In this document: positions 17,732 to 28,702 of the stretch, piece by piece
Layout of the letters: each line of letters begins with the position of its first letter
Position numbering within the stretch: the first letter of the stretch is position 1
Source: Candidatus Methylomirabilis sp.
Lineage (GTDB): Bacteria > DYJV01
DNA length: 64,000 nt
Assembly: GCA_020722945.1 (NCBI GenBank)
Contig: DYJV01000001.1
Location: 15,520-79,519 of the forward strand
Reading direction: 5' to 3'
Position numbers and translations under genes: made by a program
Notes under the pieces: generated by a model
What the model saw: only the letters and a program-made list of their open reading frames with translations
Database searches by the model: none
Told to the model about the DNA's origin: nothing

Positions 17732-20293
17732 ATGAGAAAAACTTTATATATATTTTTTATTTTATCTCTATCTACTCTTATATATTCAGCAAATCTAAAT
17801 TATCTTTTAGATATAAAATACAGAGATTTTCCTGATAAAAAATTTGTAAGATTGGTTTTATACCTCTCCACGCCTCCACTATTTCAAGAGATAAAAAAAA
17901 AAGACCCATATAATGTTGAGATAGTTTTAACTGATACAGATATAAAAAAATTTTATGGTAATCTAAAAATCCCATCTCAATTTATAAACGAAATATCTAC
18001 AACTCAAAATAAGAAAAATTTAGTAATAAATATAAATCTAAAATCTGAAATAGTTGAATGGAGTCATATAAAATCAGATGCCCCCCCATTACTTTATATA
18101 AAAATAAGCACTAAAGATGCCAAAACACTTGAACCAAATAATATTGAAGACAACGGAACTTTACAAAAGTTTGACAATGCTACCCCAAAACAGCTACCAC
18201 CTTCTCAAAAAATTATTCAAGACAATAGTTCAAAAATAGTAAAAAGAGACAATTTAACCAAACTTCATTCAGCGATAGATAATGGAACAATTTTGGATAA
18301 TAAAAGTTCACAGATTAAACAAGATAAAAAGATTGAAGTTGACGAGAATATTTTAAAGATAAAGATTGATGAAGCAAGAAACTTTTATAATAAAGGTTTA
18401 CAGCTTATGGCAGAAAAAAAATATACAGAAGCTATAGATATCTTTGATTATAATGTAAAAAATAGTGACAAAACAAATCCTTTTAATTTTAAGTCGAGAT
18501 ATAGGATAGTTGATTGTGTATATTATAATGGTGATCCAAAAGATGCAAAGTTGTATATGAGTTTAGTGAGGGAGTATATTGATTTGATAAGTAATTATCC
18601 TGACAAAGATGAGACTGGTTGGGCAGCTTTTCAACTTGCTAATTGCTATAAAAAAATGGGTTTCTTTGAAGAAGCATTAGGAAGCTACAAATATGTAATT
18701 AAATATTTCCCCGATTCTGAATATAAAGTCAATGCATCTATTGAGGAGGGGAATATACTATATTTATTGAAAAAATATCAAGATGCACTTAATAGTTACA
18801 AAGAGTTACTCACTAAATCGCCAGATTCTGTAATTGGGAACAACCTTAGATACCTCATTGGGAACTGTTTATATGAATTAAAAAAGTATAATGAAGCGAA
18901 AAATATTTACGAAGAAGCTCTCAAAAGGGATACTACTTTTGCGGATAAAAGCCCAGAAATGCTTTATAATATTGCAAATACCTATTTTTATCTAAAGAAG
19001 TATACTGTTGCAAGGGAGTATTTTATGAAAATAAGAAATCTTTTCCCTAATAGCAACTATTTTGACCTATCTCTATTAAAAATAGGGGAGACATACCTCC
19101 AAGACAAAGATTATAATTCTGCTCTATATATATTCAAAAGAGTTGTTGATGCTACTGAAAATACTGATAATATTATAGTTGCAAGACTTGAAATGGCAGA
19201 TATTGGACTTGAAAAAAAGATAAAAGATAAAGATGTATATGAAAAATATAAAAATTTCTTAGATCCTGATACTGCATATAATTATATTATAAATAATTAT
19301 GGCAACAATGAACTTGTCCAGATTGCTATGTCAAGGTTGATAAACTACTATTTAGACCAGAGTAGAAATAATGATGCGTTGATCTATCTTGAAGAGTTTT
19401 ATTCAAGATTTCCTGAAAGCAATATCAAGCAAAAAATGGATGAAAAGATGTTGTTAGCATTAAATAAGTATATTCTTGATTTATTTAAAGTTTACGATTA
19501 TGGGAAAGTGATATACTTTTATGAAAAATATAAAAATAGCTATTTAAAAGAGTTTAAACCTCTTGATGTGTATAAAGCTATCTTTTTATCCTACAAAAAT
19601 CTTGATTTAAGTGGCCAAGGTCGAGATATATTAGAAAATTTATCAGCTAAATATAATAATGACCCTGACATTCAGTTTGAATTAATTGAAGATAGTTATA
19701 AAAGTAAAGCTTATAAAAAAGTTATCCTTGAAGCTGGAAAATATTATCAAAAATATCCTGAATCAAAAAAGATTAATAGAGTTAAATTTTATGAAGCATT
19801 ATCGTATAAAAATCTTAAAAATTATCAGAAAGCGTCAAATATACTCTTTGATTTATTAAAATCTGATATTGTTAATGAGGATAAAGGGAGAGATGTTTTT
19901 TATCTTGCAGAAATATTTAGAGAAACAGGTGATTATGAGAATGCTTTAAAGCTTTACTCAACTGTTACAGAAAATTATAATGAGGAAATTTTAGGGAAAA
20001 ATATAATTAAAGATTCATATTTTTATGCGGGGTATATGAAATATTTATTGAAAAATTATCAAGATGCTGTTAATGATTTCACTAATTTTAGAAATCTTTA
20101 TCCTGAACATCATCCAGATGAAGTTATTTATTATATAATAAGTAGCTTTGCTAAAAATTCAAAATATGAAGAAGCACTCAATTTTTTTGAAAATAATAAA
20201 AATAATTTTAAAAATGAAGCTTTTTTAAAATTATCATCTGAAGTTATAGATAATATTAAATGGAGTCAAAAGTTAAACCTTGATGGAAAATAG
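17732..20293 (+). CDS. Secreted or periplasmic TPR-repeat protein with an AMIN-like N-terminal domain
   Basis: Signal peptide MRKTLYIFFILSLSTLIYSA. An N-terminal beta-rich segment resembles an AMIN domain (VRLVLYLS ... VEIVLTD ... LVININLK ... LLYIKIS). About 600 aa of TPR-like repeats follow, with recurrent Y..A...Y..........P motifs. Confidence 0.7.
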   Translation: MRKTLYIFFILSLSTLIYSANLNYLLDIKYRDFPDKKFVRLVLYLSTPPLFQEIKKKDPYNVEIVLTDTDIKKFYGNLKIPSQFINEISTTQNKKNLVININLKSEIVEWSHIKSDAPPLLYIKISTKDAKTLEPNNIEDNGTLQKFDNATPKQLPPSQKIIQDNSSKIVKRDNLTKLHSAIDNGTILDNKSSQIKQDKKIEVDENILKIKIDEARNFYNKGLQLMAEKKYTEAIDIFDYNVKNSDKTNPFNFKSRYRIVDCVYYNGDPKDAKLYMSLVREYIDLISNYPDKDETGWAAFQLANCYKKMGFFEEALGSYKYVIKYFPDSEYKVNASIEEGNILYLLKKYQDALNSYKELLTKSPDSVIGNNLRYLIGNCLYELKKYNEAKNIYEEALKRDTTFADKSPEMLYNIANTYFYLKKYTVAREYFMKIRNLFPNSNYFDLSLLKIGETYLQDKDYNSALYIFKRVVDATENTDNIIVARLEMADIGLEKKIKDKDVYEKYKNFLDPDTAYNYIINNYGNNELVQIAMSRLINYYLDQSRNNDALIYLEEFYSRFPESNIKQKMDEKMLLALNKYILDLFKVYDYGKVIYFYEKYKNSYLKEFKPLDVYKAIFLSYKNLDLSGQGRDILENLSAKYNNDPDIQFELIEDSYKSKAYKKVILEAGKYYQKYPESKKINRVKFYEALSYKNLKNYQKASNILFDLLKSDIVNEDKGRDVFYLAEIFRETGDYENALKLYSTVTENYNEEILGKNIIKDSYFYAGYMKYLLKNYQDAVNDFTNFRNLYPEHHPDEVIYYIISSFAKNSKYEEALNFFENNKNNFKNEAFLKLSSEVIDNIKWSQKLNLDGK

Positions 20294-21683
20294 TGTTGTA
20301 ATCATAAATAACAATCTCAAGACTCTGGAGCAATTCTCTGAAATAATAAAAGATTTACAGTTCAAGCCTCTCCTTTTTCACGATGTTGCAGAGGGTTTAA
20401 AATACATAGAACGTAGCACCCCATATCTATTAATTACAGATATATTTTTCAGTGAGTATAGTCCTGAAGAGTATTGGAAAATCTTAAAATCATTAAGTGT
20501 TGCACCTATCCTAATTGTATCAGATAAACCTTCAAATGAATTTGGTCCTAATATGATTCGTGATGGTGCGATCGATTATTTACTCACTCCTATAGAAAGA
20601 GAGCAGATAAGGTTTATATTTGCAAAATTAAAATTAAAGGAGAAGAGGGATAAATTTATTCACAGGCAGTTTATCACAAATAATGCTAAAATGTTAAAAA
20701 TTCTTAAAGTTGTTGAAGTTGCTGCTAAAAGTAAATCCACTGTCTTTATAAGGGGAGAAAGCGGAGTTGGTAAAGAGTTGATTGCAAGAATGATTCATGA
20801 AAAGAGCAATAGGAGTAATGGACCATTTGTTGCTGTTAATTGTGCTGCACTACCTGAAAATTTATTAGAAAGTGAGTTGTTTGGCCACGAAAAGGGGAGT
20901 TTTACAGGAGCAATAAATACAAAGCTTGGTAAATTTGAATTAGCAGATACAGGAACAATATTATTGGACGAGATTACTGAGATGAGTTTTCCACTTCAAG
21001 CAAAACTATTAAGAGTGCTCCAAGAGAGGGAGATAGATAGAATAGGTGGAAGAGAGCCTATCAAAATTGATATAAGAGTTATTGCTACTACAAATAGAGA
21101 TATAAAGAAGATAATAGATGAGGGGAATTTTAGGGATGATCTTTATTACAGATTAAATGTTATCCCTGTCCTAATTCCACCACTTAGAGAGAGAAAGGAT
21201 GATATCTCAATACTTGGAAAATTTTTTATAGAAAAGCATTGTATGCTCAATCAGATACCGGTTAAATCAATATCTGAGTATGCAATAAAGAAATTGCAGG
21301 AGTATGATTGGCCCGGTAATGTAAGGGAGCTTGAAAATATTATTGAACGAGCCGTAATTGTAACTATTGGTAATATAATTGATCAAAATTCTATATTTTT
21401 TGAAGATGATATAGAGAGTATTTACGATAATGATATCCAAACAGAACAATGCACCAATACAGATTTGGACAACCAATACCAAATTCCACACAATAGTAAT
21501 CAGCAGGGTGGTATCTCTATAAAACCTGGAACAACTATCTCAGAGATGGAGAAAAAACTGATTGTTGAAACATTAAAATCGGTCAACCTAAACAGAACTC
21601 TTGCGGCAGAATTACTTGGGATAACTGTCAGGACATTGAGAAACAAATTAAATGAATACAAAGAGTTTGGAATAATTTTATAG
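20280..21683 (+). CDS. Sigma-54-dependent transcriptional activator with a pseudo-receiver domain
   Basis: REC-like N-terminus lacks the acidic pair and the conserved Lys (VVIINNN, LLITDIFF, DYLLTP). AAA+ motifs GESGVGKE, ESELFGHEKGSFTGA, LLDEITEM and NVRELEN. Fis-type HTH AAELLGITVRTLRNKL. TTG at 20280 or ATG at 20283; overlaps the TPR gene stop. Confidence 0.85.
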   Translation: MMENSVVIINNNLKTLEQFSEIIKDLQFKPLLFHDVAEGLKYIERSTPYLLITDIFFSEYSPEEYWKILKSLSVAPILIVSDKPSNEFGPNMIRDGAIDYLLTPIEREQIRFIFAKLKLKEKRDKFIHRQFITNNAKMLKILKVVEVAAKSKSTVFIRGESGVGKELIARMIHEKSNRSNGPFVAVNCAALPENLLESELFGHEKGSFTGAINTKLGKFELADTGTILLDEITEMSFPLQAKLLRVLQEREIDRIGGREPIKIDIRVIATTNRDIKKIIDEGNFRDDLYYRLNVIPVLIPPLRERKDDISILGKFFIEKHCMLNQIPVKSISEYAIKKLQEYDWPGNVRELENIIERAVIVTIGNIIDQNSIFFEDDIESIYDNDIQTEQCTNTDLDNQYQIPHNSNQQGGISIKPGTTISEMEKKLIVETLKSVNLNRTLAAELLGITVRTLRNKLNEYKEFGIIL

Positions 21684-21708
21684 AATTTTGCGAGTATAAA
21701 TCAACTAT

Positions 21709-24069
21709 ATGAATTTTAATAAATACAAAAAAGTTTCCAACCCTGTTCAGTATCTTGGACTTGATATAAATTCTGTTCATAAAAATTTCGATTCTGCAAA
21801 AGTTAAATTTTTACTTGCATTCCCAGATTTATACCAAATTGCCTCATCTAATCTTGGAACACAGATTCTATATAATATAATCAATAAACATGAATATTAC
21901 CTATGTGATAAAATTTTTGCTCCAGATGTAGATATGATGAATATGATATCTAATGGAGAATTACCATATCTATCTCTTTATAGTAGAAGAGAAGCTTTAG
22001 ACTTTGATATAATAGGATTCTCTTTGCAGTATGAGCTTAGCTTCACTACTGTTTTGAAGATGCTTGAGCTTATGGGTATTCCATTATATGCAAGGGATAG
22101 AGTTGGAGATGATTCTATTCCAATTATCTGTGCAGGTGGACCTGTTGTATTTAATCCTTTGCCTGTAGCCTCTTTTTTCGATTTTTTCTTAATAGGGGAT
22201 GGAGAGGAAGCTGTTATTGAGAAATGTGAAATTATAGATAGATATAAAGGATGTGGTAAAAGTAAAATAATAGAGGAGTTGTCGAAGATAGATGGTGTAT
22301 ATACCCCTCTTTCTAATAAAAAAATAGTTAAAAAAAGATTTATTACAAATTTTAAACCTGAAGATTCTATCTATAATCCGATAGTTCCTTTAGCAAAAAG
22401 TGTTCATGAAAGGTGTGTTGTAGAGATATCAAGAGGTTGTACGAGAGGTTGCAGATTTTGTCAGGCAGGGATGATTTACAGACCTGTAAGGGAGAAAAAT
22501 ATATTAGAAGTATTAAACACAGCCAAAGAATCTATAAAAAATAGCGGTTATGACGAATGTTCTATTTTATCTCTCTCTGTAGGTGATTACTCTCTGCTTG
22601 AAGAGTTGATTTTGGGACTTAAATATCTTGATTCATCAATTTCATTACCATCTATAAGAGCTGACAAAATTAATGACAATATATTAAAAATTTTATCAGA
22701 GCGTGAAAGGACAGGTTTTACAATTGCACCTGAAGCTGGGAGTGAAAGATTAAGGGCAGTTATAAACAAAAATCTTACTGAGCAGGATATAGAAGAGTCT
22801 GTAACTTTCCTTTTCAAAAATGGGTGGAATCTTATAAAGCTCTACTTTATGATAGGGTTACCTTATGAACGATTTGAGGATGTTGAAGATATTGTAAAAT
22901 TATCTTTTAAAATTGCAAAAATAGGGAGGAGTTTCTCTAAAAACAATAGGATAAATGTCAGTATCAGCACATTTATCCCCAAGCCTCACACCCCTTTCCA
23001 ATGGTTTGGACAAGAGAATATTGATTCAATTAAGAGTAAATTAAGATATCTGAAAGATTCTTTCAAAAAAGGTAAAAATATAAATTTAAAGTGGCATACC
23101 CCTGAAATGAGCCTTCTTGAAGCTGTTTTGTCAAGAGGTGACCGAGATGTTGAGCGTATAATCTATGGTGCATACAAAAATGGTGCATATCTTGATAGCT
23201 GGGGAGATAAATTTGATTATAAATTATGGGTTCAATCCTCTGATAGCGAACAATATTTACTAAATAAGATTGCAGAGAAAAATTATCTTTTGGAAGATGA
23301 ATTGCCTTGGGATTTTATTGATATAGGAGTATCTAAAGCTTTTTTAAAAAAGGAGTATCTACTTGCAGTTGAAGGGCTTCAAACCCCTGATTGTAGATTT
23401 GATAAATGCTCAGGGTGTGGTGTATGTAGTGGAGAGTTAAAAAATATATTTTCAGAGAAAATAGATAAAGAGCATCTTAAAATTCATAATAATTTTATTA
23501 CAAATAGCGTAGCAGATGATTATAAGAGAGTTATTTTTGAGTTTGAAAAGTTAGGGGCATCCTCATTACTTGGTCAGATTGATACTACTAAGCTAATATT
23601 AAAGGGATTAAAAAACTCTTCAGCAAAGTATAAATATAGTGAAGGTTTTAAGCCAAAATTAAAAATTACTCAATCTCCACCTGCACCATTTGGAGTGGCG
23701 AGTAAAAGTGAATTTTTTGAAGTATATATTTCGCAATGTTCTGATTTTGATAAACTGGTAGAAGGTATGAATAAGTTTTTTTCTGGAATTATAGTTATAA
23801 AAAGTTATTTTGAGAATATTAACAAAATTAACCTTATGAGAGATGTAAAAGCTTCAGTTTATTCAGTAAAGATAGCTGCCCTTCCACCTATTGAAGATGA
23901 ACTTATTGAATCTATAGAAAAAGTATCTGATAAGTTTTACATAAATATCAAATACTTAAATGGTAAGCATCTTAATATTAAGAAATTCCTTGATTCAGCT
24001 TTAAAAGATTTTATTTCCCCTGAAGAGATTGATTTAATAGAGATTAGAAGAGAAAAATTTATTTATTAA
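21709..24069 (+). CDS. Radical SAM protein, apparently a fusion of TIGR03960-like and TIGR03936/DUF2344-like modules (family names recalled from memory)
   Basis: Cx3Cx2C cluster motif in EISRGCTRGCRFCQAGMIYRP. An N-terminal B12-binding-like region precedes it, and about 200 extra C-terminal residues follow the radical SAM core. Confidence 0.75.
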   Translation: MNFNKYKKVSNPVQYLGLDINSVHKNFDSAKVKFLLAFPDLYQIASSNLGTQILYNIINKHEYYLCDKIFAPDVDMMNMISNGELPYLSLYSRREALDFDIIGFSLQYELSFTTVLKMLELMGIPLYARDRVGDDSIPIICAGGPVVFNPLPVASFFDFFLIGDGEEAVIEKCEIIDRYKGCGKSKIIEELSKIDGVYTPLSNKKIVKKRFITNFKPEDSIYNPIVPLAKSVHERCVVEISRGCTRGCRFCQAGMIYRPVREKNILEVLNTAKESIKNSGYDECSILSLSVGDYSLLEELILGLKYLDSSISLPSIRADKINDNILKILSERERTGFTIAPEAGSERLRAVINKNLTEQDIEESVTFLFKNGWNLIKLYFMIGLPYERFEDVEDIVKLSFKIAKIGRSFSKNNRINVSISTFIPKPHTPFQWFGQENIDSIKSKLRYLKDSFKKGKNINLKWHTPEMSLLEAVLSRGDRDVERIIYGAYKNGAYLDSWGDKFDYKLWVQSSDSEQYLLNKIAEKNYLLEDELPWDFIDIGVSKAFLKKEYLLAVEGLQTPDCRFDKCSGCGVCSGELKNIFSEKIDKEHLKIHNNFITNSVADDYKRVIFEFEKLGASSLLGQIDTTKLILKGLKNSSAKYKYSEGFKPKLKITQSPPAPFGVASKSEFFEVYISQCSDFDKLVEGMNKFFSGIIVIKSYFENINKINLMRDVKASVYSVKIAALPPIEDELIESIEKVSDKFYINIKYLNGKHLNIKKFLDSALKDFISPEEIDLIEIRREKFIY

Positions 24070-24323
24070 TTGATTTTTTTTAATACTTTACAGTATGGCA
24101 TCAAGTGGTAGTTATAAAAACTATAAAACCGTGAGAGGATAAAAAAGTGGAGTATTCTTGAATTAGGGTGTTTAGAGTTATTAAATTTTAAGCTCTTTTC
24201 AAAGATATTTATTGTAATATTGTTTAATAGAATAATCTCTATTTTATCTCTAAAATTTAAACTATTTATCAGGTATCTATTTGTTATGCATTGGTTTTTT
24301 ATTTTATAAGAAGATAGGGGGTA

Positions 24324-26999
24324 ATGATGAAGCTGAAACTTAAATACAAAATATTAATTCCTATTGTAATCTTATTTTTAATCTTTATTCTTGGTGTAGT
24401 TTTCTTTATAAAACAAGATTTTAACTCTATTTCAAGGTATTTCATCGACTCAAATGTTCAAACAACGGTCAAGCATATTCAAGATAGTATTAATATGAGA
24501 GGTGAGCGTTGTATCTTTGCTGTTTCAGGGCTTTCTACTAATACTCTTGTTTTAGATTCTTATAGAATGAATGACTCAATGGCGAGGAGATTTTTACGGA
24601 CATATGTTGACCCTGTTGTTAATAAAATAAAGTTGGATACAGGATTAAAAGATGTAAAAATTCATTTTCACAGAGCTCCAGCAAAGAGTCTTTTGAGATT
24701 ATGGAAAAAAGAGGGTGATAAAGATGGAGGTGATGACCTTAGCAGTTTTAGAGAGACTATACTTGAAGTTGCAAAGAATAAAAAAGCAGTTAAAGGTATA
24801 GAAATTGGAAAAGAGGGTTTAGCTATAAGGGGGATAGTCCCTATTTTTGATAATTCGGCTAATTATATCGGTTCTGTTGAAATAGTTGATAACTTTGAAA
24901 ATATAATTAACTCTCTTAATAATCCAAAACTGAAAATATCTATCTTTGTAAAAAATGAGTTTACTAAGTTGCTTAAAGATTCTTTAAATAACCCTAAAAT
25001 AGGTGAATTTACTATTTTAAAGAAAGAGCAGTATGATGAATTTAAAAACTATTTTTCTGCTCAATTTTTAAAGCAGGGAGTTGAAAAAACTGTTGTTAGT
25101 CAAAATAATCCTAACTCTCTTGAGGCTGTTTTCCCAGTTAAAGATTTTAAAGGGAGAGTTGTTGCTGTTGTTACTATGATTTATGACATATCTGATGTTG
25201 CATCTCTTGTAAAAAAAGATATAATTAAATTTATTGGAATTACTTTGACCATATTAGTTCTATTTATCATAGTTCTTTTCTTTACTTTAGGGTTTTTAGT
25301 TTCTCCTTTATTAAAAGTAACAGAGACTCTAAAAGCTATCTCTGAGGGGAGTGGTGATTTAAGTGTCAGAATAGATGTCAAAACCAACGATGAATTTTCA
25401 GAGCTTGCAAATTACTTTAATAGTTTTGTTCAAAAGTTAAATAATATGATCTTTGATATAAAATTGTCAAGCCAGAGTATAGAGCGAGAGAATATAGTTT
25501 TACTTGAACAGGCATCTACTATTTTAAAAAATAGTAATGATATTTTTGATAACATCTCCTCAACTGCATCTGCTTCTGAAGAGATATCTTCTGTCTTATC
25601 ATCACTTGCAAGCAGCACAAATCTCTTAAAAAGAAACAGCAATATAATGATGGAGGAGAACAACAAGCTATTTGCTGATATTGAAGATATTAACAAATAT
25701 ATAGAAAAACTTGACCATATCGTAAAAGATGTAATTGAATTTACAGAAAAGAGCAGTAGAAGTTCAAATACTCTTGAATCAAACTCTTCAGATATCAATA
25801 ATATAATTCTTGATTTTGGAAATGTTCTTAAAAATATTTTCAATGCTATTGAAATAGTAAAAGGTTCTGCTGCTAATATATCTGATTCAATCAACTCTGT
25901 TGCTTCAGCAGTAGAGGAACAGGCAAAGAGTATCGATGATGTTTCTGTTAGAGCGAATGATTCTTATAAGAGTTCTGAATATAATGTAACTCTTATAGAA
26001 GCAAGTAAAAAAGAGATGGATAAAGTAGTAAATAGGATGAATAATATAGGTATTACAATAAAATCTCTTGGTGAGACAATGGGTAATCTCTCAGAGTCTG
26101 TTAATAATATAGAAGAGATAATTTCTTTGATAGATGAAATTAGTGAACAAACTAATTTACTTGCTCTTAATGCAGCGATAGAAGCCGCAAGGGCAGGAGA
26201 AGCAGGTAAAGGTTTTGCTGTTGTTGCTGATGAAGTTAGGAAACTCTCTGAAAGGAGTGAAGAGGCTACCAAAAAGATAAAGGAGATTATTGGTCTAATG
26301 GTAAAAGAGGCGAATCTTGCCTCTAATAAGAGTGAAAAAGGTATAGAAGAGATGGATAGTGGTCTTACTATGATATCTGATACAAGTAAGCAGCTTGAAA
26401 AGATAGTTGAAGAATCTTATAAATCTAAAAATTTTGTCCATCAAATTGCTATTGCATCATCTGAGCAGAGGGAAGTTGTTCATCAGATAACAAATTCAGT
26501 TTCTGGTGTTGTAGATAAAGTTAATGATATTAATGCAAAAGTTGTTGATTTTTCTGATAATCTCCAGATAGTAAAAGATGAATTTGACAAAATAATAAAT
26601 TCAAATAAAGATATATCTGCTGAAATAGAGCAGCAGAAGATAATTACTGGGGAGCTAAAAGATTTGACTGTTGAATTAGAGGATATAAAAAATCATACAA
26701 AAAATATTGCAGTAGAGTCTATCTCTGCTGGGAAAATTGTTTTACTTGCTATTAATGAGATGTCCAATCAGATAGCTTCAATAGAGAGTGGTTCAGAGGA
26801 GCAGTCGATTGCTTCAAACTCTATTTCACTTTCTATTAACAATATTAAAGATATGAGTGATAATCTTAAAAATATTTCTGAGGAAAATCAGAAAATCACT
26901 GATGAAATTAGCAAGATTACCAGCGGACTTATGAAATTAGTTGCAGGCTTTAAACTTAAAAGAGATGTTTCTATAGAAGTTAGAGATAGTAAGATATAA
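24324..26999 (+). CDS. Methyl-accepting chemotaxis protein with an extracytoplasmic Cache-type sensor and a long cytoplasmic signalling domain
   Basis: TM1 ([20 protein letters not shown]). Cache-like segment ([14 protein letters not shown] ... GDDLSSFR ... [13 protein letters not shown]). TM2 and HAMP. Highly conserved hairpin [38 protein letters not shown]. Confidence 0.9.
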   Translation: MMKLKLKYKILIPIVILFLIFILGVVFFIKQDFNSISRYFIDSNVQTTVKHIQDSINMRGERCIFAVSGLSTNTLVLDSYRMNDSMARRFLRTYVDPVVNKIKLDTGLKDVKIHFHRAPAKSLLRLWKKEGDKDGGDDLSSFRETILEVAKNKKAVKGIEIGKEGLAIRGIVPIFDNSANYIGSVEIVDNFENIINSLNNPKLKISIFVKNEFTKLLKDSLNNPKIGEFTILKKEQYDEFKNYFSAQFLKQGVEKTVVSQNNPNSLEAVFPVKDFKGRVVAVVTMIYDISDVASLVKKDIIKFIGITLTILVLFIIVLFFTLGFLVSPLLKVTETLKAISEGSGDLSVRIDVKTNDEFSELANYFNSFVQKLNNMIFDIKLSSQSIERENIVLLEQASTILKNSNDIFDNISSTASASEEISSVLSSLASSTNLLKRNSNIMMEENNKLFADIEDINKYIEKLDHIVKDVIEFTEKSSRSSNTLESNSSDINNIILDFGNVLKNIFNAIEIVKGSAANISDSINSVASAVEEQAKSIDDVSVRANDSYKSSEYNVTLIEASKKEMDKVVNRMNNIGITIKSLGETMGNLSESVNNIEEIISLIDEISEQTNLLALNAAIEAARAGEAGKGFAVVADEVRKLSERSEEATKKIKEIIGLMVKEANLASNKSEKGIEEMDSGLTMISDTSKQLEKIVEESYKSKNFVHQIAIASSEQREVVHQITNSVSGVVDKVNDINAKVVDFSDNLQIVKDEFDKIINSNKDISAEIEQQKIITGELKDLTVELEDIKNHTKNIAVESISAGKIVLLAINEMSNQIASIESGSEEQSIASNSISLSINNIKDMSDNLKNISEENQKITDEISKITSGLMKLVAGFKLKRDVSIEVRDSKI

Positions 27000-27039
27000 G
27001 TTTATTTGAGTTAAAATTTTATAACTGAGGAGGTAAACC

Positions 27040-27870
27040 TTGTTTAAAAAGATACTTTATATTTTATGTTTTTCATCTCTTATCTTATTTTATAATTTTG
27101 AATTGTTTGCTAAGAATATCAAAATTATTACAAGTATCTATCCGATATTCGAAATAACCAAAAATATAATCCCGGATGGATATGAGCTTAATTTTGTTGT
27201 TCCTGCAGGTGCAAATCCACATACATTTGAACCTACTGTTAACAAAGCTACTCAAATCAAAGAAGCGGATCTATTTATCTCTGTTTCAAAACATTTTGAT
27301 GGTTGGATAGAGAAATTTATAAAAAATGATTGTAGAGTTATTTATCTTGAAGAGGATCAGAAGAAAAATCCCCATATATGGTTGTCCCCAACATTAGTTT
27401 TAGAAAAGTTAGATAAGATAAATCGTGCAATAGGAGATCTATCACCTGAAGATAAAGCTACTATTGATAGCAAAGTCCAATCGTATAAATCTCAGATAGA
27501 AAAATTAATTTCTGATTCAAAAGATAAACTTTCATCTATAAAGTCTCGTAATTTTATCCAATATCACCCTGCATGGGATTATTTTGCTTCCGATTTTGGA
27601 TTAAATATTGTTGGAACACTCTCAAAAGGTGAAGGCTTGGTGATCTCCCCTCAAAAATATAACCAGCTTATTGATAGTGCAAAAAAAAATAATGTCCAGT
27701 CAATTATAGTGGATCTTAAAGGACAGGAGGAGATTTTGAGTAATTTTTCAAAAGTTACAAAAGCAAAGATATTGAGGCTGGATCCACTTGGAAGGCCTCC
27801 GATTACTTATTTAGATTTAATAAAAGAGAATGTTTCAAGGATTGTTGAAGCAGATAAAATTGTCAAATAG
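27040..27870 (+). CDS. Metal ABC transporter substrate-binding protein (ZnuA/TroA family)
   Basis: Signal peptide, then GANPHTFEP and NPHIWLSP motifs typical of cluster-9 metal-binding proteins. TTG start after GAGGAGG. No cognate ATPase or permease gene lies adjacent. Confidence 0.75.
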   Translation: MFKKILYILCFSSLILFYNFELFAKNIKIITSIYPIFEITKNIIPDGYELNFVVPAGANPHTFEPTVNKATQIKEADLFISVSKHFDGWIEKFIKNDCRVIYLEEDQKKNPHIWLSPTLVLEKLDKINRAIGDLSPEDKATIDSKVQSYKSQIEKLISDSKDKLSSIKSRNFIQYHPAWDYFASDFGLNIVGTLSKGEGLVISPQKYNQLIDSAKKNNVQSIIVDLKGQEEILSNFSKVTKAKILRLDPLGRPPITYLDLIKENVSRIVEADKIVK

Positions 27871-27915
27871 CGTGTAAACCTCCATCTAATTTTTACTTGT
27901 TTATACATCTTAAAT

Positions 27916-28491
27916 TTACAGTTTACACACTTTTTTTACACCATCCCATTTTTGGAGAATTGTCTCAAAAGTTTGAGCATAAATATTATAAAAATCTTTA
28001 CTGTATAAGACCATTGCTATTTTTTCAAAATTGTTCTCTTTGCAATAGTTTAATATTGTAGAAATTGCAATTTCTGATGCCTCTTGGACGGGGTATCTGT
28101 ATACTCCTGTGCTAATGGAGGGGAAGGCTATTGTCTTGACCCCATTTTGGATAGCGAGTTTTAAAGAGTTGTTGTATGAATTCATTAAAAGTTGGGCTTC
28201 GTTGTTTCTCCCGCCTCTCCAGATTGGACCTACTGTATGTATCACAAATTTTGATGGAAGTTTGCCGGCTGTTGTAATTACTGCTTCTCCTGTAGGAAGA
28301 GATCCAATCTTTTTAATTATTTTTTTACATTCATTGAGAATATCTTCCCCACCTGCAGAATGAATTGCTCCATCAACTCCACCACCACCCATAAGAGTAG
28401 AGTTGGCAGCATTGACTATTGCATCAAATTTGACTATTGTAATGTCTCCATGAATTAGTGAGATTGTTGTATTATTGATGAGTTTATCCAT
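27916..28491 (-). CDS. Macro-domain protein (O-acetyl-ADP-ribose deacetylase / ADP-ribose binding, YmdB-like)
   Basis: GDITIVKFDAIVNAANSTLMGGGGVDGAIHSAGG and AFPSISTGVYRYP are canonical macro-domain motifs. Confidence 0.85.
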   Translation of the reverse strand: MDKLINNTTISLIHGDITIVKFDAIVNAANSTLMGGGGVDGAIHSAGGEDILNECKKIIKKIGSLPTGEAVITTAGKLPSKFVIHTVGPIWRGGRNNEAQLLMNSYNNSLKLAIQNGVKTIAFPSISTGVYRYPVQEASEIAISTILNYCKENNFEKIAMVLYSKDFYNIYAQTFETILQKWDGVKKVCKL

Positions 28492-28650
28492 TTATAACCC
28501 CCCCAATTAAAATAACTTCATCTCTTTTTTTGATATCATACGAATTTAATCTTCATTAAATAATGATTTCTAAACCGTTAAATTTAGGTAGTTTTTTAAC
28601 TATAGATGTAAAATTCTAAAATTTAGTTTGCATAAGTTTTAGGTATAGTT

Positions 28651-28694
28651 AATAAAAATAATTAATAGATGAGAAATTTAAGATTCCCCATCTA
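28651..28694 (-). terminator. Rho-independent terminator downstream of thrC
   Basis: On the minus strand, an 11-bp stem UAGAUGGGGAA / UUUCUCAUCUA (two G-U pairs; + strand 28666-28676 and 28684-28694) with a 7-nt loop. A U-rich tract UUAAUUAUUUUUAUU follows. Confidence 0.55.
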
Positions 28695-28702
28695 TTAAAG
28701 AG

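Noticed and set aside
24096-24111. TGGCATCAAGTGGTAG upstream of the MCP gene, as a possible sigma-54 -24/-12 promoter
   Set aside because: The GG is present, but there is no GC dinucleotide at the required spacing (TGGCAC-N5-TTGC). It does not fit the consensus geometry.
27872-27928. 8-bp inverted repeat GTGTAAAC ... GTTTACAC between the convergent metal-binding and macro-domain genes, as a bidirectional terminator
   Set aside because: The loop is 41 nt, and the right arm lies inside the macro-domain coding sequence. This is not a typical intrinsic terminator geometry.
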